Assembly: GCA_964405515.1 (NCBI GenBank)
Contig: CAYOOG010000003.1
Location: 1-43,679, forward strand
Direction: 5' to 3'
DNA length: 43,679 nucleotides
From: an uncultured Alphaproteobacteria bacterium
Lineage (GTDB): Bacteria > Pseudomonadota > Alphaproteobacteria > JAPYRI01
Positions 29,478 to 37,984 of the stretch are shown here, piece by piece. Position 1 is the first letter of the stretch. Each line of letters starts with the position of its first letter. A program made the translations under genes and the position numbers. Under the pieces are notes generated by a model. That model was not told the DNA's origin. It did not search any database and saw only the letters and a program-made list of their open reading frames with translations.

Positions 29478-29948
29478 ATGACCAGTAAAACCTATAACGC
29501 GACACCGGCGGATATCGAAAAGAAGTGGGTGCTGATCGATGCCGAGGATTTGGTCGTCGGCAGGCTGGCGGCCATTGTTGTCACCCGCCTGCGCGGCAAG
29601 CACAAGCCCAGCTACACGCCCAATATGGATTGCGGTGATAACGTCATCATCATCAACGCCGGAAAGATTGCGCTCACCGGCAATAAGCGGGATGGCAAGA
29701 TCTATTACCGGCATACCGGTTATCCCGGTGGCATCAAAAGCCGTACGGCAGGAGAAATCCTCGAAGGCAATCACCCGGAGAGGGTCGTCCTGAAGGCCGT
29801 GCAGCGTATGTTGCCCAAGGGCCCTCTTGGACGGGCGCAGTATTCCAACCTGCGCGTCTACAGCGGCGCCGAGCACCCCCACGAACCGCAGAAGCCGGAA
29901 GTTCTGGACGTTGCGGCTATGAATACGAAGAACAAGAGGAGCGCCTAA
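29478..29948 (+). CDS. rplM: 50S ribosomal protein L13
   Basis: [47 protein letters not shown] and [12 protein letters not shown]. Confidence 0.95.
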   Translation: MTSKTYNATPADIEKKWVLIDAEDLVVGRLAAIVVTRLRGKHKPSYTPNMDCGDNVIIINAGKIALTGNKRDGKIYYRHTGYPGGIKSRTAGEILEGNHPERVVLKAVQRMLPKGPLGRAQYSNLRVYSGAEHPHEPQKPEVLDVAAMNTKNKRSA

Positions 29949-29949
29949 C

Positions 29950-30507
29950 ATGGCTGAGGAAAAGAAGACACTCGAAGACCTGAAAGCCATGACCGAAGAA
30001 GCCGCTGCGGCGGCCGAGGCGCCGGCGGTGGAAGAAGAAGCGGAAGCCGCCGAAACGGAGGTAGTCCCGGAGGCCCCGGCGACTGCCGCGGTGGAAGAGG
30101 TCAAGCCGCAGATCGATGACCTAGGCCGCTCTTACGCCACGGGCAAAAGAAAGGACGCCGTCGCCCGGGTTTGGCTCAAGCCGGGTGCCGGACGTATCAT
30201 GGTGAACGGGCGCGAGTTAGAGACCTATTTCGCGCGGCCGACCTTGCGCATGATCCTCAATCAGCCATTCGTCGCCGCCAGCCGCACCGGGCAATACGAT
30301 GTGACCTGCACCGTCAAGGGCGGCGGTCTCTCCGGGCAAGCCGGAGCCGTGCGCCATGGCATCAGCAAGGCCCTGACCTTCTACGAGCCGGAATTACGCC
30401 CAGTGTTAAAAAAGGGTGGTTTCCTGACCCGCGACGCCCGTGTCGTGGAGCGGAAGAAATACGGCCGGGCCAAAGCGCGCCGCAGCTTCCAGTTCTCGAA
30501 ACGCTAG
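29950..30507 (+). CDS. rpsI: 30S ribosomal protein S9 with an acidic Ala/Glu-rich N-terminal extension
   Basis: The C-terminal 130 aa are canonical S9 ([17 protein letters not shown]..., [37 protein letters not shown]). The first 55 or so aa are low-complexity E/A-rich. Confidence 0.93.
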   Translation: MAEEKKTLEDLKAMTEEAAAAAEAPAVEEEAEAAETEVVPEAPATAAVEEVKPQIDDLGRSYATGKRKDAVARVWLKPGAGRIMVNGRELETYFARPTLRMILNQPFVAASRTGQYDVTCTVKGGGLSGQAGAVRHGISKALTFYEPELRPVLKKGGFLTRDARVVERKKYGRAKARRSFQFSKR

Positions 30508-30547
30508 TAATCGGCGCCGAGGTGAACTAGCGTCGTTCGGCCAACAA

Positions 30548-30589
30548 TTGCCCTTCCGTGTGCCGGCAAATAGCACGGCTGAAGGGCAA
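30548..30589 (+). terminator. Hairpin downstream of rpsI
   Basis: TTGCCCTTC (30548-30556) pairs with GAAGGGCAA (30581-30589), with an inner CGTG/CACG stem. No clear U-tract follows. Confidence 0.35.
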
Positions 30590-30670
30590 GAAACGCTTGT
30601 CGAGGGGGCGGAAATCACGGGAGTTGGTTCGCAGCACTGCCCGTGAATCTTCGCCTTATGGCGGAGAAGC

Positions 30671-32146
30671 ATGAACCACGACAATTCTTCCAAGGCGAAA
30701 GCAAACAAAAGCATGGGTTCCGTGCCGGGACGGCCGGAGCCTTTGGACGGCGGCCCGCCGCCATGGCTTGTCCTCGCCGCGCTCTCTTTTTCCGCCTTCG
30801 TATTCCTGCTGGATGTAAATTTGCCCCTTGGTGTTGCTGGTGGCGTGCCTTATGTGGCGCTTGTCCTAGCTGGCATCTGGTTTGAAAAACCCCGGTACAT
30901 ATATTTCTTGGCCGTTCTCGGCTCAGTGCTAACGTTGATCGGCTATTGGGTGTCCCCAACCGGTGGCGTTCCCTGGGTGGTTCTTGCCAACCGCGGACTG
31001 GCGCTCTTCGCCATTTGGGTAACTGCCTTCCTAATCGCCTCGCGACTGCGCGCCGAACTTGCCCAGCGGAAATCCGAGGAAAGGACCAGGCTGATTTTGA
31101 ATGCCGCCGGGGAGGGTGTGTACGGCGTCGACATTGAAGGCGGAATCACCTTCATCAACGCCGCAGCCGCCGAAATGACTGGCTGGCGGGCCGATGACCT
31201 GGTCGGCCGTTTGGAACACGAAACATTCCATGGCGTGAAGCCGGATGGTCGCCCCTATCCAGTGGAGGAATCTCCTGTCCGCGCCACTCGCATGGAAGGC
31301 TCGATCTCACACGTGGACGACGAAATTTTTTGCCGCAAGGATGGAACGTATTTGCCGGTGGAATACACGTCGACACCGATTCTGAGAGGCAGCGATATTT
31401 TGGGCGCCGTGATCGTGTTCCGCGATATTACGGACCGGAAAGAGACCAAGCGCATGAAGAGCGAATTTATTTCAACGGTTAGTCACGAGTTGAGGACACC
31501 CCTGACGTCAATCCGCGCCTCGCTAGGGTTCATCACTGCCGGTGTGCTCGGGGATCTACCGGAAAAGGCCGCGCGGATGGCGGATATTGCCCAAAAGAAC
31601 ACGGAACGGCTCATCAGTATCGTCAATGATCTGCTCGACATGGACAAGATTCAGCTGGGCAGGATGGATTTCCGGTTTGCGGAGTTGGACCTTCACGAGC
31701 TTGCCGAACGTTCGCTGGCGAGCAACCAGCCATTCGCCGACGAATGCGGCGTTGTGTTCGAATTCGCGGGCTGCCCCGAAGGGGCTTTGGTGAATGGCGA
31801 CTCTGATCGTCTGGAACAAGCTCTCGCGAATTTGCTTTCCAACGCCGCCAAGTTTTCGTCGCACGGGAAAGCGGTGAAGGTCGGAGTGTTTGCCGATGAT
31901 GAACGGGTCCGCGTGAGTGTGTCGAACCAGGGGCCTGGCATCCCGGACGAGTTCCACGACAAAATCTTTGAAAGATTTAGCCAAGCCGATTCATCGGATG
32001 CGCGGCAAAAAGGGGGGACAGGGCTGGGCCTGGCCATTACCAAGAGCATTATCGAGGAGCACGGTGGCCGCATCTGGTTCGAGAGCAGCGCCGGCGGCGA
32101 AACGACCTTTTTCTTCGAAATTCCAAGATTGGCGGCGGTCTCCTGA
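30671..32146 (+). CDS. Membrane-anchored PAS-domain sensor histidine kinase (no adjacent response regulator)
   Basis: N-terminal hydrophobic segments, a PAS region (LILNAAGEGVYGVDIEGGITFINAAAAEMTGW), H-box SHELRTPLTSI and G-boxes GTGLGLAITKSIIEEHGG. GGAG SD is present. Confidence 0.88.
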   Translation: MNHDNSSKAKANKSMGSVPGRPEPLDGGPPPWLVLAALSFSAFVFLLDVNLPLGVAGGVPYVALVLAGIWFEKPRYIYFLAVLGSVLTLIGYWVSPTGGVPWVVLANRGLALFAIWVTAFLIASRLRAELAQRKSEERTRLILNAAGEGVYGVDIEGGITFINAAAAEMTGWRADDLVGRLEHETFHGVKPDGRPYPVEESPVRATRMEGSISHVDDEIFCRKDGTYLPVEYTSTPILRGSDILGAVIVFRDITDRKETKRMKSEFISTVSHELRTPLTSIRASLGFITAGVLGDLPEKAARMADIAQKNTERLISIVNDLLDMDKIQLGRMDFRFAELDLHELAERSLASNQPFADECGVVFEFAGCPEGALVNGDSDRLEQALANLLSNAAKFSSHGKAVKVGVFADDERVRVSVSNQGPGIPDEFHDKIFERFSQADSSDARQKGGTGLGLAITKSIIEEHGGRIWFESSAGGETTFFFEIPRLAAVS

Positions 32147-32182
32147 CCCGTGCCGCCCACGCAGTCTTGAGTTCTCGATACG

Positions 32183-33928
32183 TTAGATCACTTCACGCCG
32201 TGCCCTTGCCAATTCCTCATAGCGTCGGCGGCGGAAAATCCAGGCCGGGTCAAAGACTACTTTCTTGCCGTCCACCAAACACCTGTCCGTCATGCAATTC
32301 AGTGTGTGTGTTCCATCTGGATAGGGGCCCGAAGGGTCTGGTTTTACCTCGGCGACCACTTGTTCATCGAACGCCGTCGGCGTCAGTTCCATAATGTGAC
32401 AGATACTGATTGCACCGCCGTAACTGACAGAGCAGTCCTGCGTCGGGCGATAGAGGTTGCCGTCCAGGACGAATGGCGCGCCCGCCGGCCGCGCCGAAGT
32501 GATATCGCATTTCAAGGGGTTCAAAGGATGCGCCATCCAGTCGCCGGCCAATTCCTTGGCATAGTAGGCGTTGAGTTTGAGGCTGCTGCCTCTTGCCTCG
32601 TCGGTGAAGAACAGCCACCAGAGCCCATCATATTTGAACACCGTCGGGTCGGATGCCGCAACATTCTCCACAAGAACTCTTTCAAAGCTGAAGTCGTTGG
32701 CGCCGGTGCGGCGATACAGCGTGATAAGCCGGGCCTCATGGGTTTCCGGAACGCAATACTCTTCGCCCTGGTGAGCAAAGAGACAGGGATAGGAGAGGTG
32801 GACATCGGACATTTCCACCTCCTCAAGCGCCAATCTTGTCGCTGCACCTGGGAAGCTGAGTTTCTTGAGTCGTCCCTTTGCGGTTGTCCGGTAATCGAAT
32901 TCCTCGACTAGGATCGTTGTCTTGCCGCCGTCGGATAGGCTGAAGGGATCGGCAATGAAACTGTATTTGTCATGGGTTGCCGCCCAGGTGACGCCGCTGA
33001 GCGTGCCACCGGCCAGCACATCCCGGGGGCTCTTGTCCAAGACACCGACATTCCAGATGTCATAGGTGAAGTGCTTTTTGTACTGTCCGGCCAGGACGTT
33101 TTTCACCTTCAACAAGGCGAAATACATCATCTGGAGATTGCCGGGCGCCCGGTGGATAGGCGCCTGGCTGTTGGAGGGCGCGGCCTCGACGAAGCCGAGA
33201 TTGCCGTGGAGGATGTCCCTACAGGCGCGCGCGCACCAATCGGCGGAGGCAAAAAGAACCTGATCCCGCTGCTTGATGTAGCTGCTGTTGGTCTTAAACG
33301 TGCCCCGATGCAATACGATCCCGGCGTCAAGAGCCGGGGTCAGCCGCTGCAGCATGCCGCCGGTTGTCGAAAGCCCATGGTAAATTTCCCAGAAACAGGC
33401 CGGTGATCCCCGGATCAGGCGCTCATCCGCATGGTGGTAGGACCAGACGCCGTACCGCGCCGTGTCCAGTATGTCACCCCGAATGATGCCAAAAGCGAAT
33501 TTCACGATGAAATCCAAGCCGAGGTCTCTGATCCCGGCGACCGATCCGGCGTCGAAAACTTCGCTGTACTTGCCCTGCCTGGTTATGGCGCATTCGATCC
33601 GGTCCAGGCCGCCTAGGATATCCTGGCAGTCGACGTCCATTGTGGCCTTGCCGTGGCTGTGATAGCGCCGCATGTAGAGCGTCCAAAGCGCGGTTCTACG
33701 TGTCTCCCTGTCCGCCAGCCGTCGAATCTTGTGAAATAGCCGCGCTATTGGCGAGCGGGTACCGGTTGCCTTCGGTTCAGCCGTGACCGGCTTCTTCCCG
33801 ACAATGAGGCAGACCGGCTCGGCAATCCCGGCGCTTACCAGGTCTTCGAGACAATTGCGCTGCCAGGCTTGCAGCACCGGCCCGTCACACATGATGCCGA
33901 AGCGAAGTTTGTTGATTTCTTGAGTCAT
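32183..33928 (-). CDS. Uncharacterised two-domain protein: N-terminal formyltransferase-like domain plus C-terminal predicted beta-propeller (GINT1-N / GH43-like) domain
   Basis: The N-terminal part LRFGIMCDGP...LGLDFIVKFAFGIIRGDILDTARYGVWSYHHADERLIRGSPACFWEIYHG...LDAGIVL follows the Formyl_trans_N layout. The C-terminal part (FIADPFSL..., SYPCLFAHQGEEYCVPE, ASDPTVFKYDGLWWLFFTD, RPAGAPFVLDGNLYRPTQDCSVSYGG) shows repeated blade-like motifs. Domain names are recalled from memory and not searched. Confidence 0.7.
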   Translation of the reverse strand: MTQEINKLRFGIMCDGPVLQAWQRNCLEDLVSAGIAEPVCLIVGKKPVTAEPKATGTRSPIARLFHKIRRLADRETRRTALWTLYMRRYHSHGKATMDVDCQDILGGLDRIECAITRQGKYSEVFDAGSVAGIRDLGLDFIVKFAFGIIRGDILDTARYGVWSYHHADERLIRGSPACFWEIYHGLSTTGGMLQRLTPALDAGIVLHRGTFKTNSSYIKQRDQVLFASADWCARACRDILHGNLGFVEAAPSNSQAPIHRAPGNLQMMYFALLKVKNVLAGQYKKHFTYDIWNVGVLDKSPRDVLAGGTLSGVTWAATHDKYSFIADPFSLSDGGKTTILVEEFDYRTTAKGRLKKLSFPGAATRLALEEVEMSDVHLSYPCLFAHQGEEYCVPETHEARLITLYRRTGANDFSFERVLVENVAASDPTVFKYDGLWWLFFTDEARGSSLKLNAYYAKELAGDWMAHPLNPLKCDITSARPAGAPFVLDGNLYRPTQDCSVSYGGAISICHIMELTPTAFDEQVVAEVKPDPSGPYPDGTHTLNCMTDRCLVDGKKVVFDPAWIFRRRRYEELARARREVI

Positions 33929-33974
33929 TTCCCGGTCCGGCGGCGACTATAATGATGCCCGCAAGGCTTCACAA

Positions 33975-35132
33975 ATGGCGAAAGCTGGCCTAATAGATGA
34001 TCTTATGAACCAAACAGGCGACAGAACCAGAGTGGCGATCCTCGGGGCCAGTGGCTACACCGGGGCGGATTTGGTGCGTCTGCTGGTCCGCCACCCCCTG
34101 GTGGACATCCAGTTGCTCACCGCGGAACGGCGGGCGGGCGAGGCGGCGGAGGCGGTTTTGCCCCATTTGGGCGGTCTTGGGCTGCCTGATCTGCTGGCCA
34201 TCGACCAGGTCGAATGGGCAGGTATTGATGTGGATGTGGTGTTCTGCGCGCTGCCTCACGGTACGACCCAGGAAATCGTTGCCGGACTGCTGCACGCGAC
34301 CGGCCATGGCCTGGTGGATGAGATCATGGTTGAGTCCCGTGAGGACCTTATATCTGGGCTCAAGAAAGACGTAAAAGTCATTGATTTATCAGCTGATTTT
34401 CGCCTGGAAGATCCCGAGGTCTATGCCGAGTGGTACGGCCATGAACATCAGGCGACTGCACTCCAGGCGCAGGCCGTATATGGCCTCAGCGAACTGGCCA
34501 GAGACGACATCAAAGAGGCCCGTCTGGTGGCCTGCCCCGGTTGCTACCCAACGGCCGTTGAATTGGCTCTGGTGCCGCTTTTGGAGGCCGGGCTGATCGA
34601 GTCCGGGGACATAATCATCGATGCCAAGTCGGGCGTCAGCGGGGCGGGACGCGGCTTGAAGGATGGCATGCTCTTCGCCGAGATCGGCGAAAGCGTGAGC
34701 GCCTACGGCGTCGCCCGGCATCGCCACGCGCCGGAGATCGAGCAGCAGCTAGCAAAGGCGGCCGGGGCGGCGGTGACCGTGAGTTTCACGCCTCATCTGA
34801 TCCCCATGAACCGGGGCGAACTTTGCACCATGTACGTGCGGACAAAGGACGGTGGCGCCGCAGGCCTGCGCGAGGCCTTGGCGGCGCGTTTCGCCGGTGA
34901 GCCCTTCGTGCGCGTGCTGGCCGAGGGTCAGGCCCCTGCGACGCGGCAGGTGCGGGGCTCCAACCAGTGCCTGATCGGCGTTTTTGATGACCGGATTTCG
35001 GGCCGGGCCATTGTCATTTCAGCTATCGACAATCTGGTCAAGGGCTCGTCGGGCCAGGCCATTCAGAACATGAACCTGATGCAGGGCTACCCCGAGACCC
35101 TGGGCCTCGAACAGGCACCGCTGTTTCCTTGA
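33975..35132 (+). CDS. argC: N-acetyl-gamma-glutamyl-phosphate reductase
   Basis: RVAILGASGYTGADLVRLL and the active-site region LVACPGCYPTA. The start is ATG 33975 or ATG 34005. An exact TATAAT lies at 33946-33951. Confidence 0.92.
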   Translation: MAKAGLIDDLMNQTGDRTRVAILGASGYTGADLVRLLVRHPLVDIQLLTAERRAGEAAEAVLPHLGGLGLPDLLAIDQVEWAGIDVDVVFCALPHGTTQEIVAGLLHATGHGLVDEIMVESREDLISGLKKDVKVIDLSADFRLEDPEVYAEWYGHEHQATALQAQAVYGLSELARDDIKEARLVACPGCYPTAVELALVPLLEAGLIESGDIIIDAKSGVSGAGRGLKDGMLFAEIGESVSAYGVARHRHAPEIEQQLAKAAGAAVTVSFTPHLIPMNRGELCTMYVRTKDGGAAGLREALAARFAGEPFVRVLAEGQAPATRQVRGSNQCLIGVFDDRISGRAIVISAIDNLVKGSSGQAIQNMNLMQGYPETLGLEQAPLFP

Positions 35133-35143
35133 TTCTGCCGCCG

Positions 35144-35213
35144 CCTCCCTCTCCCCCTCCCCAGCCACCCGATAAGGGTACCCTGGGGGTGGCTGGGAAG
35201 GGGGAGCGGGAGG
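35144..35213. terminator. Long imperfect palindrome between convergent argC and phaC (bidirectional terminator candidate)
   Basis: The arms CCTCCCTCTCCCCCTCCCCAGCCACCC (35144-35170) and GGGTGGCTGGGAAGGGGGAGCGGGAGG (35187-35213) are 27 nt with 2 mismatches. The inner AGGGTACCCT is a perfect palindrome. Confidence 0.6.
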
Positions 35214-35233
35214 AGTGAGTCAATCCACCAACC

Positions 35234-37024
35234 TCAAGTCACCTTAACGTAGCTGCCGGGGGCGTCCTCGATGGCCTTGAGCTTGCCATCGCCGGGATGG
35301 CGGGCCGCGACCTTTGGCCCTGACTTGCGGGACAGCCACTTGTGCCAGTCGGGCCACCAGGAATCCTCATGCGCCTTGGTCCCGGAGAACCATTCCTCGA
35401 CCGAGGCCGCTTTCTTGCTGTTGGTCCAGTAGCCGTACTTGCCGGACCCCGGTGGGTTGATGACCCCGGCAATATGGCCGGAGCCCGCACAAATGAACTT
35501 TACCGGGCCTTTGAACAATTGCGTCATCTTGAAAACCGACTGGACCGGGGCGATGTGATCGTCCTTGCCGGATTGCACATAGATCGGAATCTTGACCTTG
35601 CCCAGATCGATGGGCACGCCGTCGAGTGTGATGCCCCCGGGCTGGGCCAGCAGATTGTGCTGGTACATCTTGCGCAAATAGAAGCTGTGCATCTTGGCCG
35701 GCATGCGGGTTGAGTCTCCGTTCCAGTACAAGAGGTCGAAAGGGAAGGGTTCCTTGCCCAGCAGGTAGTTATGTATGACAAAGGACCAAATCAGGTCGTT
35801 CGCCCGTAACATATTGAAAGTCGTGGACATTTCTCCAGCGTCGAGGAACCCTTTTTGCTCCATCATGGTTTCGATATTGGCCAGTTGCTCCTCGTCGATA
35901 AAAACTGAAAGCTCGCCGGCCTCGGAAAAGTCGGCCTGAGCGGCGAAAAACGTCGCGGTTTTGAAACGCTCGTCCTCCTTCGCCGCCAGATAGGCCAATG
36001 TCGGCGCCAGCAAGGTCCCGCCGATGCAATAGCCAATGACGTTCATCTGCTCCTCGCCGGTGGCCTTGGTCACAGCATCGGCGGCGGCCAGAAGCCCCTT
36101 GGTCATGTAGTCTTCGAAGCGGGTGTCGGCCAAGTCCTCTCCGGGGTTGACCCAGGAGATGACGAACACCGTGTGACCCTTGGAAACCGCCCACTTGATG
36201 AAGGAATTACTTTCCCGCAGATCCAGAATGTAGAACTTATTGATCCACGGTGGCGCGATCAGCAGGGACACCTTGTACACCTTGTCCGTGGTCGGCGTGT
36301 ATTGGATCAATTGCAGCAAGTCGTTCTGAAACACAACCTTTCCAGGCGTTGTCGCGACGTTGACACCGATCTCGAAGGCTTCGGTATCGGTCATCTTGAT
36401 ATGCAACTTGCCCTTACCCCGTTCCAGATCCTCAAGCATATTGCCTAGGCCCTTGACCAGATTCTGGCCATTGCTCTCAAGCGTGGCGCGCAGAACCTCG
36501 GGGTTGGTGAGCATGAAATTGGTCGGCGCCATGGCATCCACGAACTGCCGCGTATAGAACGCCACCTTTTGCGATGTTTCTTCGTCAAGGCCGTCCACGT
36601 CCTGCACCGTGGCCTGAATCCAACGGGCGGTGAGCAGGTAGGACTGTTTGATATAGTCGAAGACCTGGTTTTCGTCCCATTCGGGGTCGCGGAAGCGGCG
36701 ATCGCCGGAGTCCGGCTTGGCGGCTCGTTCCGGGCTCTGGCCCATCATCCGCTGGGCTGCGCTTTGCCAAAGCTCGATATAATCGTTCCAGAGTGCAAAC
36801 TGCGCCTCCGCCAATTTGGCGGGATCGGCCATCATTTTTGCCGTCAATTCAAGGAAGGCATTGCCGATATTCAGGGGGTCCAAGCTCTGGAGTTGGCTCT
36901 CCTCGGCCTGTCGGGCGAGGAACTGGGAGACCAATTGTTGGCTGCGGGCCGCGACTTCGGACATATTACGCGAGAATTCCGCCATATCCGGCATATTTTG
37001 GTCGCTGAATTGTTGATCGGACAT
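35234..37024 (-). CDS. phaC: Class I poly(3-hydroxyalkanoate) synthase
   Basis: 596 aa, lipase-box-like GYCIGG, DPLNIGNAFLEL, the RFRDPEW motif and PPWINKFYILDL. ATG 37024 is preferred to the upstream ORF extension. Confidence 0.93.
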   Translation of the reverse strand: MSDQQFSDQNMPDMAEFSRNMSEVAARSQQLVSQFLARQAEESQLQSLDPLNIGNAFLELTAKMMADPAKLAEAQFALWNDYIELWQSAAQRMMGQSPERAAKPDSGDRRFRDPEWDENQVFDYIKQSYLLTARWIQATVQDVDGLDEETSQKVAFYTRQFVDAMAPTNFMLTNPEVLRATLESNGQNLVKGLGNMLEDLERGKGKLHIKMTDTEAFEIGVNVATTPGKVVFQNDLLQLIQYTPTTDKVYKVSLLIAPPWINKFYILDLRESNSFIKWAVSKGHTVFVISWVNPGEDLADTRFEDYMTKGLLAAADAVTKATGEEQMNVIGYCIGGTLLAPTLAYLAAKEDERFKTATFFAAQADFSEAGELSVFIDEEQLANIETMMEQKGFLDAGEMSTTFNMLRANDLIWSFVIHNYLLGKEPFPFDLLYWNGDSTRMPAKMHSFYLRKMYQHNLLAQPGGITLDGVPIDLGKVKIPIYVQSGKDDHIAPVQSVFKMTQLFKGPVKFICAGSGHIAGVINPPGSGKYGYWTNSKKAASVEEWFSGTKAHEDSWWPDWHKWLSRKSGPKVAARHPGDGKLKAIEDAPGSYVKVT

Positions 37025-37182
37025 GGCGCAGTCTTTATCCTTGTGGGTTCGCGGAAACGCGTGGCCATGGGGCAAAGGGCGCCGACGGCTGATGGTTTCC
37101 GCTTTTAGCACTTGGCGGAAGGATGGCAAACATTCAAGGTTCGAATGGTCTGAGGCCAAAGGTGAATGCAGGGGAAATTCCG

Positions 37183-37869
37183 ATGCGCGCGCAAGAGATT
37201 AAGGTAGGTAAAGAGATTATCGGGGGCTGGGTCCGGTTGGCGATTTCACGGGCGGGCGTGGCTTGTGTGGGCGTAGCCTTTGCTACGGTTCTTTCATCTC
37301 CGTTGTCGTCTGCGGCTGCGGGTGACCAGACGATTCTGGCCGATACTTTTTCGCAAATGATGGCCGCGTCGGCGTCCAAGGTCGCGCCGGTCGTGAAGGA
37401 GTATGGATATAGTGTTGGAGGTCCGGGCTCGACAGCCGGCGGATCATCGGTGCTCACCGATACCTACAACGCTGCCTTCGCGGCCTCGGTGGGGCCGGGT
37501 GCATTGCCCATGCCGCCCGTTCCGGCGGCCCTGGTTTTGCATTTCGATAATGGCTCGGCCCGTGTGACGGTTGAGGAGCGCCGCAAGATTGCCGCGCTGG
37601 CCAGCGAACATGGCGCCGAGGGCGGATATTTCCGCGTTGTTGGACACGCTTCAAGCAGGACGCGGGATTTGCCCTTGGATAAGCACGTGCAAGTGAACTT
37701 CGATGTCTCGCTCGAGCGCGCCAATTCGGTCGCATCGGCGCTGATGCGGGCCGGCGTGACACCGGATAACATGTCCGTGGAAGCGCGGTCGGACAGCGAG
37801 CCCCTTTACTATGAGTCCATGCCCGCCAGCGAGGCTGGTAACCGTCGCGTGGAAATATTCGTTCAGTAG
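37183..37869 (+). CDS. OmpA-family (peptidoglycan-binding OmpA_C-like) protein
   Basis: An N-terminal hydrophobic anchor. The C-terminal OmpA-like motif is VVGHASSRTRDL...NFDVSLERANSVASALMRAGV...NRRVEIFV. AGGGGA SD is present. Confidence 0.8.
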   Translation: MRAQEIKVGKEIIGGWVRLAISRAGVACVGVAFATVLSSPLSSAAAGDQTILADTFSQMMAASASKVAPVVKEYGYSVGGPGSTAGGSSVLTDTYNAAFAASVGPGALPMPPVPAALVLHFDNGSARVTVEERRKIAALASEHGAEGGYFRVVGHASSRTRDLPLDKHVQVNFDVSLERANSVASALMRAGVTPDNMSVEARSDSEPLYYESMPASEAGNRRVEIFVQ

Positions 37870-37984
37870 CGCGCCAAGATAAAGACGGCCACGGCCATCG
37901 GGAATAGACACCTTTGGCGTTGCCCGGCGTCAGACAATAACGATTTAGGAGAATAGGGCCGTCCATTGGGACGGCTAGCCAGTT

